A stretch of DNA of 61,265 bases, counting the filler. It is 7 parts of 7 records of this genome, joined end to end, with 100 filler letters (N's around TTAATTAATTAA, not from the genome) between each part and the next. Parts side by side here need not be neighbours in the genome. Positions count along the whole stretch, not along the records: positions 28,036 to 44,702 come from SRR2962707_5136; positions 44,803 to 51,983 come from SRR2962707_5139; 5 more parts are not named here. One strand, 5' to 3'. The translations under genes and the position numbers were made by a program. Positions 34,401 to 45,202 of this stretch are shown here, one piece after another. The notes under the pieces were generated by a model. That model did not search any database. It saw nothing but the letters and a program-made list of their open reading frames with translations, and was not told the origin of the DNA. Within the stretch, counting starts at the first letter, position 1, and every line of letters starts with the position of its first letter.

Positions 34401-37400
34401 GACCGGTGCTTGTGCACACAGGAACACAATTGACCATCCTGCACACGGAACAGAACGAGCTCGCAATGCGAGAAAGACATGTTCACGAATTCCGAATCGA
34501 TTCCGACGGCCATCGACTTCCGCGCAATGTACGGGTTAATATCGTGTTCAAGGGTGTTTTTGACGTTCGGGGCTACAATCTCGGCCGAATTTCTGCTGCT
34601 CTTTTTTTCAAGCCTGAGAGCGGGGGAGCCATTGCATGTGGACATGCCCCTCTCGACCTGCTGTCGTTGTGCAAGCCTACACAGTTCGGGCGTTTGTGCA
34701 TTGTCCATCAACCTCAAGTTGCACCATTGGCAACCGGTGACTATGAGCTTGTAGTCATTGGCTGCTCCAAGACAGTATATTCCGTCCATGTCGACTGTGA
34801 AATTTTGCAGCCTGTTCGAGATGCCATTGAGGCGGTGGTGAAGGCGTCGGATCACGCACCTCGTATTGACAAGATCAAAGGTCAAATCATGGAGATTAAA
34901 ACGACAATACGGATCGGACAACGCAAGCTGCGGCTTGCCTCCGCGCTGCTCCGCCAAGCAGAAACGAAGTGCGTAGAATATTTGATTGCTTTGTTTGCAG
35001 GCCGTATGTCTTTTTTCTGTATCGTTGCGGACCTAACTTTTCCATGTTTGGTTTCTGCGGCAGATTTGACAAGCTCAGCAAGCACAGATTCAAATTCAAC
35101 GCACAGCTCACAGACCCAGAGGCGCATTACAAAATGAATAACGCGGAGCGACGGAAAGTTGAAACAACCGTTGCAGCTCTAGACCGTGCTATGGGAGACA
35201 CATCTGAGGTTGTGAAGTTGCGCCTTGATGAAGTTGAGGTAAGGAACAACTCCAGCCAGTTCGATGGGTTGACGTATGGCACATTCAAATATTAAACTTT
35301 GACTGAAAATCGTGTAACGAAGCCACAATGTGTTTGAATTGTAGTCTATCCGAGGTCCGCTGGCAGATTTACTGAATACCCAACGCCGTTTCGAAGCGGA
35401 TTTGTTGCGCCTAGAACGAGAGCTGCTTGCCATTCGCGAGTCGATCCCACCGGTCACGGCAGCAATCACAGGAGTTGCCCTCCCGATATTGGTCGGAGAA
35501 GCCCGCGACTTCCGTGCGTCTAGGATCTGCAGTACTTGCTAAGTCTTGAACAAAGTGCCAACGGAAGGTTTGTAATCTCACGCTTCAACACCCATTGGCA
35601 GGTACAATTAACTCTCTGAAAATTCCTGCGTGGGCAAAGCGTGCACTACTGGAGACAATGCCGTGAGTAGTTATGTTTTTGTTTTTATTGTGGTTCTTGC
35701 ACGCGGGCATAAGCTGATTTTCTCATCTTGGGCGTGTACCGAACTGTCAGATATTTAAAGACTCCTGCTCATGTGACACGCAGCAAGTCACAGGAACAAT
35801 GGACGGCAACTGAACGCGAATGGCGCAAGCTGGATTACATCCTACGCCCTGAGAAAAACCAGGATCTTGATGCCTCAAGCATGCTAGGCCTCGCGAATTT
35901 ACCTCCGTACTCACAACATGACTTGCAAATGTTGCTCGTTCGCCCAGTGCGGGATCTCTCTGACCAAGAAAAGTTCGTTTTTCACTGGTTCAATTTATCG
36001 CTTTTGCTACCTCGAGATGTACTGGCTGGAGATGAAGCGCATACGTGGATGATTTGGCTCTGTAGATATGACCGTGACCTTCTTCTGCAGTTCCACGATC
36101 GCATCCCATCAACAAAATTCCAAAGCAAGGTTCTTAGCGCCCGAAAATTCGGAAAACTGTGGAAAAAGAAAGCAGGTGAACGAAAGAAACAACGCAACCA
36201 AATGCCGGGAGCTGCGCGTAAGTTAGATATGAAATCGCAATCAAGTTGCAGAACTCAGTGTACTGTCGGAAGTGCTAACCCCACGTTTTGATTTGCCTGG
36301 CTCTCTCCGTCTCGTAGCCGAAAGAGTTCGAGTGGAAGTCGATGTTGATGCTCGAGCTAGAGAGTTGATGCACGATTTAGACCGTGCGAAGCTGTGTAAA
36401 AAAGACGACATTGACTCCCACGTACTGCACGGCTCCACCCAACGCTTTCCGACGTTGGTGCTTCGGCAGCAATTGAACATTGCTCTCGACCAAGTGAGTT
36501 TGAGGGTGTAAACCCGCTCAGTAAACCGCACCGGGCTGCTTTCACTAAGCGTAGCTAATGGTGCCTGCTTTGTTCTGTTTTTTCCCTGTTCTTCACGTCA
36601 CCTGCATGTTGCGCTGCCTCCTTCCAGTTGCTGATTTCACAGATTCGTGAACGTGAGCGCGCTGTTACAGATATGCGCGAGGAAAAGGACGACGTAGTTG
36701 AACTGAAAGTTGACGAAGCAGTGAGTCGCGTGAGTCACTTCGCTGGAATAGGACGAGTGAACATCAAAGACAGGAGACGCAAGCTCGCGAAAGTACGGCT
36801 TGGCATGACCTGCTGCATTTGCTGTGCATTGCGCCGAGTGGAAATGCTGAATGGTTGTTTGAGTTGTTGACTTATTTGGAGACGTGTCGTGCTGGTGTTG
36901 GATGAAAGGCGGCTGTACAGCAAGTAATGGACAGACACGAACAAAAGCACGCTGAGGGTGATGGTTCTACTTCCACAGACATTGTGGCGACTTCTTCCAA
37001 CTTGAGGCAGGCCGATACGTTTCGGCCAGTTCAAGACGTGGATACGGCAGATTCGGCAAGCGAAGATGCACGAAGGAGTATTGTACCAACAAGCTCGACC
37101 AAAGCGACTTCCCAAGATCCATCAACTTTGCCACCTTACAAACCGTACGCAAACGCTGCTGGCAGCAATCGGGATCGGTAGTGTCTGCACCGTTGATGTA
37201 GGAAAAGCACGTGATGATATCTGTTCAAAAAATTGTCAGGTACTTGGATTATGAGTTGATCAAGGACCGCTTGCGAGAGTTAGAGGAAGAACTCGAACTT
37301 GTTCGCTGCTCTTCCGCAGAGTATGTTGTCTCCAACGTCCCAGAGAGTGTTCAGCTTGGTGGCACGAATAGATTCTACCGCAAAGATTTGCAGCAAACAC

Positions 37401-39514
37401 TCCATCGTGAGGCGTTACGAGTGCGAATGGAGCTTCGCCTGCACGAGTGTGACCGTGAACTCTACCTTGCTTATGGGTGTGAAACGGATTTCTTCGAGAC
37501 CACTGCTCTTCATGGCTACGCTCAATTGCAACGGCGAGAAGGGGTAATATGCATGCCAAGTTTTTGAATGGTTGTGTGAAAGTATCGTTTCTTGCGTTTA
37601 TTATGTTTATGCACGACACTAGTCAGCCTTTCTCACAAACCACAATCTGCTGCTAGGCAATCGTTGCCTTGGAGAGGGAGTCTGTCACGCTCGTCGGGAA
37701 GACGGTCGCTCTTGAAATAGTCGACAGGATATTAGACACAATGCTGGATGGCTGGTGAGCAGTTTCGTCGGCACCGATATTTGACCGTTTATTGTTGACA
37801 GTGTTGTGTGTGTGGCGTTTACGAGCGCACGTGGTCCTTGGTTTGTTGCAGGTACTTTGGCGAGCGAGAGTCTGACTTTGCTGTTGCGGGATTCGTGCCA
37901 TCAATCAAACGCGAGGGGAAAATCACGCCATTTGATCCCCCAAGTGTTCACGAGACAAAACCTTTTCGCACCAAAGAGCAACGCAAAGCCCACCGACGCC
38001 GCGGCTTGCTGAAAAATAAGCAAGCGCCGATTCCCCAGCGCGTAAACCACGAAGTAGCTTTGCGGAAGGCAATTCGTGTTGGTTCTGACACTGAGCACGT
38101 GTTAAACGAGACTGAGCGTAACATCAAGTTTGGCCTTTTTGTTATTACGCTCATGTTTTTCCAGGTATGTTGTTGCCAAGCGTACAGCATGTTTCAAGCT
38201 TCAAATCAAGCGCGCCGGATTTTCATCATTTTTTGTTTGCGTGTTTTATTCTGTGCAGTCATCTTCAATGTTGAAGCGCGAGCAAAACACTTGGGGCGGT
38301 GTGTCAGATCCCCTAAAGGGAAGTAGGTCAAAAGGCAAAGCTTTGGATCGAAACAAGCAGAACGAGGAGCAAAAACGCCAGAAGCGTCAAAACGACAACA
38401 TTGCCAAACGAGAGCGCCTTGCGGCGCAGGCGAACGGGTTTGCGGCAGAGGGCCAGGCGGTTCGTTCATATTTTACAACGTGATTTTAGTGAGTGACGTT
38501 CAGATTCAGTGCCGCATCATCACGGGTTCATTTTGTGTTGTTGCTACTGACTGCAGAGAAAAGATGCACGAGCAAAAGCCGAACGCGACAAACGCCTTGC
38601 GAAATTGCGAGATGCCTCGAGGCTGCGAAATGCTCAAGTGAAGGCTGCACTGACCATCCAGGCAGGGTACCGTGGGTTTATGGACCGAAAGGTGTCCAAG
38701 GCATACGCAATTGAAAGGGCCGCAGAGGTTGCCCAGCATGCGCTCGAGAAAGCAGCAAGCATAAACGTCCAACGGTTCTGGCGTGGCTACGTTGCTCGTG
38801 AGATTGCGGGCGACCGTCGGGAGGAACTTTTGCTGTTCCTGGAGGCTTTGAAGCGCGAGGAAGCTAAAACGATGGAGGAGGAATACTACAAGTTGCATCC
38901 GATGGAGTTGCTAAAAAAGCAAATGCGGGAAGGCATGGTTCGTTGATGCAACGATTCTTTTGTGCAACGATTCTTTTGTGCCTGGGTCAGGCTGCATGAT
39001 TTTCAAACATCGTTCAAATTTCGAATCGCGTGTCTTGTGATTGTGCGCCATCAGAAAAAAGCTCAAGAAGACCCAGACTCTTTGGTATCAAAGTTGAATC
39101 TTCCGAACTGGTTCGATAAGCAATACGATCCGAAGCGTGATGGACGATCACGGGCTGGCAGTGAGGGTGACGATCGTGGGGAAAATACGTACGACAGCGA
39201 CGATGACGCGGAGGCGGCCATCAGCGGCGATAGTGTCGACGACAATGGTTCCCTGAATGAACCGAGACCACTTGGTGACGATGACGCGTATAGCGATGAG
39301 GAAGGTCCTGAACAAGAAGCGGAGGAGGTTTGTTGTGGTCGTGGATTGCTGGTGTTAATGGTTTCCAGTCGCCTGGGCTGACTTGTGTTGTACTTGCCTG
39401 TGCATGAAGGAGATCGAAGATGAAGAAGACGGCACGGGCCGAAGAACGAGACTTGAGCGGCGCTTGAAGTCGGCTGGGATATCGTCCGGTCTTGACACCG
39501 ATGATGAATTCTGA
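28461..39514 (+). CDS. Giant multi-exon protein: EF-hand pair, alpha/beta-hydrolase-like fold, long coiled coils, two IQ motifs, acidic tail
   Basis: FRYFDQKAEGHVSREQF and GLNNDGFIGFREF (EF-hands); VLGFGNGG..STEDD..SGH (hydrolase fold); IQAGYRG and VQRFWRG (IQ). Coding blocks are separated by ~100-200 nt GT..AG introns; last exon 39410-39514. Not every central junction was verified, so two genes cannot be excluded. Confidence 0.72.
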
Positions 39515-39621
39515 AATCAGCCGTCCGCGAATAATTTTAACGACACATCGTGCACCTACTCCATCTTGATTCGAATTGCTTCGCAGGCCCGTGTCGAAAG
39601 AACAATGTGCTTTGCCACAGC

Positions 39622-42600
39622 TTATTCAGCACTGTCATCTTTAACATTCTGAAATATACGCAACATATCAACGAGATGTTGGGCCTGCACACAGCGAAGC
39701 ACAAACGGGGTTATGTTAATTGCTCAATCCACTACGAACACAATTGGTGCGGCAGACTTGAACACATGTCAGCAACATCATGGTTTTCGCACACCTTCAG
39801 CTTGTCTGCAATGCACCGAACATAGACGACTTGAAACTGCCCCCGGGCTTCCAATTGAGCGACAAACCTTTTTGCTTCCCATCGCACTGCGCGGACTAAC
39901 GCCAGGTCGGGAATGGCTGCAGCACTTGCGATGACCTGCACACCACATGATTCCGTACGAGGTGAACTCAAAGGCATCGTGAAGCGCCCAGCTTCCGAGG
40001 GGAGAGCAGATATGTCAGGGAACCACAAAAGGTTCCCAACAATGCGCGTGGCTTGGCGCGCGCTCGGTCGTTGCGCAGGATCTGGCCGAAGAAAAAGTCC
40101 TGTGCGCAATGTTGATTAAGGCAATCAATATCGGCTGATTGGACATCAACCGTCAAAAATGAGATCTGCCAACAACAAACCAGCAATTTCCTCCAGTCGA
40201 GGGTATACGTCTGGCAGCAGGGGTGGGCGTGCTCTCGGAGCAAAAGACTGGCCGGTCTTGTCAACTTTCTGCCATAACCCACTTGGAAAGGGATGTTTTT
40301 GCCTCACCAAGTCGTAAAGCAAACAACCAAGCGCCCAAACATCAGCCTACATCACCAACAGTCAGACAGTGTCGAAAAGGGAGTTAGGAAACAGAATAAT
40401 TTCCGATCGACATCTCCAAGACACACGCAAAGACAATGACAAGAAATACCTTGCAGACTGCATTGAATCGGGCCTGGCGCGTCGCGTCGTCAAGGAGCTC
40501 ATCGTTTTTGCGAGCTGCTGCTGCGGCGGCGGCCTGGGCGGACAAGCCGAATAAGCCACGGCCACCTTTCGACTTGTTCTTCTTGTCATTGGTCAGATTT
40601 TCGGCAGCTTCTCTCTCCGCCGCAAGCTTGAGAATTTCTGGCGCCATGTTCAGAGAGTTGCCCCCAAACTCGTCACCCCGACCTAACGCAGTCGGACGCA
40701 GTTTACGAGAATGCTATTATTTGTCGATGCATCTCAAAAACTGCGCGCACACACAAACAAACACGTGCGGCAGCACCAACCATCGACAAGAGCCTCCCCA
40801 AAGTCGATAAGGCGAAGCTCGAGGTCGCTCCCTGACTTCACCATAATGTTGTCCAACTTCAGGTCGCGATGAATAATTCTTCGCTCCTCAAGCACGGCCA
40901 GGGCGTGTAAAATCTAATGAACAGCGGAATTGGGTCGCATGAGACGCTCAACATTTGGGCTGCATGCACTCCTCCGACTCTGCGCCATCAATCTACGCGA
41001 TACGGTACCATGAACGGACCTGAAGTACACACAACAGCAACACGCTCTCTGGCGGGCTTGCTCCATGCGCTTTGTGGTACCCATCGAGGTAATCCTGAAG
41101 CGCCGGAAATCGAAAACTGTGATCACCAGCCATGGGATGCAAGAGTCATTGTAAAATCCAACACAAGCAGCCCACGACAAACCTGGAGCGATTGCTTACA
41201 ACACTCCATGATGATGTATTCCGTTTTGCCGCGCCCAAGCTCGGCTTCCATAGGTGTGGGGTTAATGGTCTTTGCAACCAGGTGTGTGTAGCATTGCACG
41301 ATGTGACTCAGTGCCTCATCGCTGGACCGCAGTGAAACAGGAATACGGAAATCACGTAAAAATTTGTCTTTTTGGTGTTTGATAGCCTATCGATTCATGC
41401 ATTGAGTGTTTGCGATTCATTCAGGGCATTGTGTCCGTCACAAAGGCGAGAGAAGCAAACGGGGCAATGGCGGGCGCCCATAGACTGATGCACTCGCCAC
41501 AATACTGATTCGGGCTGGCGTACCTCGGCTTCCGATGCTCCTGCAAGGTCGTACAGTTTTTTCATGGCAAAACACCGACGCGCAGAGTCCGTGCGGCAGT
41601 GGACTTCGTAAACTTCAGCCGAGCAGCCACCGCCAATCTTCTTTCGTACATATAAATCCTCAAACCGACATTTCTTCAGCATACTCAGCGACAAGTTGTC
41701 ATACTCGCGGCAGCTGTTGAAAAGCTCCCTGTTGGACAAATATAGTATACAACCAAAAACCACATGACTGCTTGTACAGTCTGTCCACACACCCATAATG
41801 CTCCCACAGCCTGAGTTAACAAATTGCACAACAAACCTCAAAAATTGTGTAAGTTTGAATTGAACCATTTTTGTGTCTGCTGCAGAAGCTGTGGCTGGCG
41901 TTGGAGGTACAAGTTCAATCTCGGAAAGATGATCGTGCAAAGAAACTGCACCGTACAGAATTTCCGTACGATCAGGAAGATTTGAGAACGCCACTCCTAC
42001 CAAAATCAAAGTTCCGCCATTTAGCCAAAGACTCTCATTCCATGGGTGCTCCCATGAAAGAGGTGCAGCAAGCACCACATACGACTCTCACCTGCGTTGT
42101 GCCCATCGACGATAAAGGACAGCGTTTTAGCACGACGATCGGCCTCAACAGTTACAGTGCTGCCGGGTCCAATCCCGTGTCTGAGGTAAATCTGTTGTGC
42201 AGGTCCACCGTGCCCGACTTTGCCGTCACGTTGGAATATGGCCCAGCCGTTTTCCGTCTCGTTGACAAATGAATGCTTATCCACTTGTGCCGTTGCTACG
42301 CCCAAAGAAGCATGCTTCCCAGCGTGAATTTTGAAAGTCCATCGCTGAACTCCTGGTTGCCAATCACCATCCTCATCAAAGCCGCTTCCTCCAGGCGTCA
42401 AAAGCTCATCAATATTTGCACTGGGACTAGCTCGTTCGAATGTCTGGAGAAGAGGCCGAAAAAGCACGAGGCCATCGCCCCACGTCGGCCGCTGCCCACG
42501 AGGAACAACTTTTTGGAAACGAAGAGATTCCACGGAGGGATCCAGGCTTGGAACGATTACGACGGATGGATTTCGCCAAACCACAGCACCGGATGTCAGG

Positions 42601-44324
42601 GACGGCTGAACAGACTTTGGCACAGCCGGTGGAGCGTGTGCAGGACGAGGTGGCGGGCGAGTCATTGGCAGAGATCGAGCAGCCGAGGCAGACGTATTTC
42701 CAGGTGCAGTAGATTGGCTCATTGATGGGGTCCATGCGTCTTTGTCGTCGCAAACTTCAACTGCCAAAAGACGAACACGGTCGTCAGGGTCGCGCAATGA
42801 GACCGCACCATGCAGCACGAGCAGGTCCCCATTGCCTGTTGTCTGTGGAATGTTGCTGAATGCGACACCTAAGTCAAGCCCGTTCACACCGAAAGACAAC
42901 TCCCCTTTTGCGCGATTTAGGTGCACGCTGACGATGTCCCCCGCAGAATAAGCGCTACACCCCAAATAGCAAGAATAACTTGAGTGAGGTAAGTGCAGGG
43001 TGGCCTTCGTCTGATTGACGCGCAGTGGGGTAATGGAAAGAACGGCGTCCAATACGTAACTCACGGTCGGTGATAGGCAGTGGCCGCCGGGCCTCCATGG
43101 CCAACACATCCGCTTCGCTGGTAGAAGCCCCACCCCCCCTGTGAGGCGCTGTTGAGAAAGTCGCCATCGGGGTTGGAAAGGGCCTGCGTTGCTGGCATGA
43201 CTCCTACTGTGATGTGTGTTGAGGTCGCCGAGAGAATTTCAAAGTACCTGAGCATAATAACGTTGCATCACCAACGGACCATCACGACACGAAAGCGAAA
43301 GGGGCACTCACTGCCAGGCCACTCCCTATCCGCACAAAAATAACGGACCAAACTGCAGTTCCAGACGAAATCCCTCTGGCAGCAAGGACAGTGCGACAGT
43401 GCCAAGAAGGCTTCGCAGCCTCGCAGCGAGCAACGACTCTGTCTGGTCCGCTCAGAACAATGTCACTGCCACAGCACGCTTTCCAGAAACCATTGTGGGC
43501 GGGGTTGATTGGGCTATGTCCACCGCCATGGCTCTTGGCAACTGGTCGTGCGGGCGAACAGGCTGCAGCATGAGCTTCAATTTCGGCGGACACGCATGCA
43601 GACGAAGACTCCAGGACATGACCAAAAGTTGCTTGGCCCAAGGATGCAATTTTCTCCAACGGTGGCTTCGATAGCACTCCCTCCAGTCGCGTCATTCCAC
43701 GGTATCTAACAGCGACATGCAAATCAGCAATACAGGACCTTCCTGTGAGACAACGTGACAAGCACAAGCAAACGCACGCGACAACAGTGCTTCTTTAATG
43801 TAAAATTCACTCCAACCACGAACGCACTCGACAATATCGCCGGCTTTATAAAGAGTGAACGCGCCATGATATGCATTGCCCGTCGGCATGTCGCGGAACG
43901 CCACGCCAACAGAGCGTCCGTTGACAAAGTACTCGAGGGTTCCCACGTCTGCATTGACCTCAACTGCAATCTCATCGCCTTGGTTAATGCGACCAACTCG
44001 AAAAAACGGAGTCTCTGCGGCTCCTTTGTGGCCAATGCACCCAGTGAGGGCGAACAGGCCCCAACCATGCTCCGTCTCGTTGAGGAAGGTGTCCCACTTA
44101 ATCATCGGATGACAGACTCCAAAAGTGGTGGAGCGTCCACGCACAAGCACGAAGGAGAAGCGCGCACAGCCCTGGCGCACAGCGTCTTTCGTGAGCACCA
44201 GGCCGTTTCTCCACCCAGTTTCATTCTTGGTTGCAGAATAGTAGCGCCCAGGTTGACCAGCAGCGCCAATACCCACTGGCTGGATGTTCACAGCGCTCCC
44301 ACCGAGGCTGAGAAGTGACGCCAT
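39622..44324 (-). CDS. Three SPRY/B30.2 domains fused to a PINK1-like Ser/Thr kinase, multi-exon
   Basis: Three SPRY units (GW..F...G.VGH.G; F.VNG...GVAF..P; HGAVSL). Kinase motifs IGGGCSAEVYE, AMKK, HRDLKLDNI, IDFG, GGNSLNMAPE, KADVWALG, RPSAR, reconstructed across GT..AG introns. Stop TAA at 39624-39622. Confidence 0.88.
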
Positions 44325-44702
44325 TCCTTCTTCCCTGTCTCTCTGTCTCTGCCTCTCTCGCTCTCACGTCCTTTCACCGTCGCTGTCTTTGCCTCCTGGA
44401 TCCGTTTCTGCCCGTCCTTCGCTCGCTCTGAGCGGAAACGCACGTGGTGAGAGAGTAGTGAGTAAGTGAGTTCCAAAACACCCAGAGGCTCGAGACTGTT
44501 CTCGGATTCTTCCTGGTTCTGAGAGTTCAACCCTGCTCTCTGAGCTCCACAGCGTTACAGAGAGGCGGGAGTGAGGCACACCGGGAGATTTCAGGCTTGC
44601 GCATGTTTCCGGCGACCGCGCTTGCGTGCGAGCCACAGCGAAGTGCAGTCACATTCTGAAGGCACAAAGAGTGCAAGCAACAACAACCACAACAACAACA
44701 AC

Positions 44703-44802
44703 NNNNNNNNNNNNNNNNNNNNNNNNNNNNNNNNNNNNNNNNNNNNTTAATTAATTAANNNNNNNNNNNNNNNNNNNNNNNNNNNNNNNNNNNNNNNNNN
44801 NN
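44703..44802. other. Artificial contig spacer
   Basis: N44-TTAATTAATTAA-N44; preceded by (CAA)n. Confidence 0.99.
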
Positions 44803-44803
44803 C

Positions 44804-45202
44804 CTGGAAACCGCCACCGACTGGGACAACGTCGACAAACTCTTAATCCAGATTGAAGAAAACCTCCGTAACCAACTGAATGAAAAGAAAGAGCTGGTTC
44901 ATGTTTTCACCCATCTTTCGCATTTCTATACCCAGGGCTGCAGCCTCTACACCACCTATGTGTTCCGGGTGGCCGACAGCTACGAGGAAACCCTGGCGCG
45001 CTGGAAAACCCTGAAAACCAGCACGTCGGACATTATCGTTAACAACCGGGGCACCATTAGCCATCAACATGGCGTTGGCAAGGATCATGCGCCCTTCCTG
45101 CCCGTCGAAAAAGGCGAGCTGGGCATGCTGGCCATCGGATCTCTTTGCCAGACATTCGATCCCGCCGGCTTGATGAATCCACAAACACTGGTTCAGAAGT
45201 AA
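44804..45202 (+). CDS. FAD-linked oxidase C-terminus (alkyl-DHAP synthase-like), 5' truncated
   Basis: LETATDW..THLSHFYTQGCSLY..GTISHQHGVGKDH..FDPAGLMNP; TAATG overlap with the next gene. Confidence 0.85.
   Translation: METATDWDNVDKLLIQIEENLRNQLNEKKELVHVFTHLSHFYTQGCSLYTTYVFRVADSYEETLARWKTLKTSTSDIIVNNRGTISHQHGVGKDHAPFLPVEKGELGMLAIGSLCQTFDPAGLMNPQTLVQK

Noticed and set aside
38946-38980. TGCAACGATTCTTTTG direct repeat inside an intron of the giant gene
   Set aside because: Only two adjacent copies in non-coding sequence, with no terminal repeats or other copies seen; most likely a local duplication.
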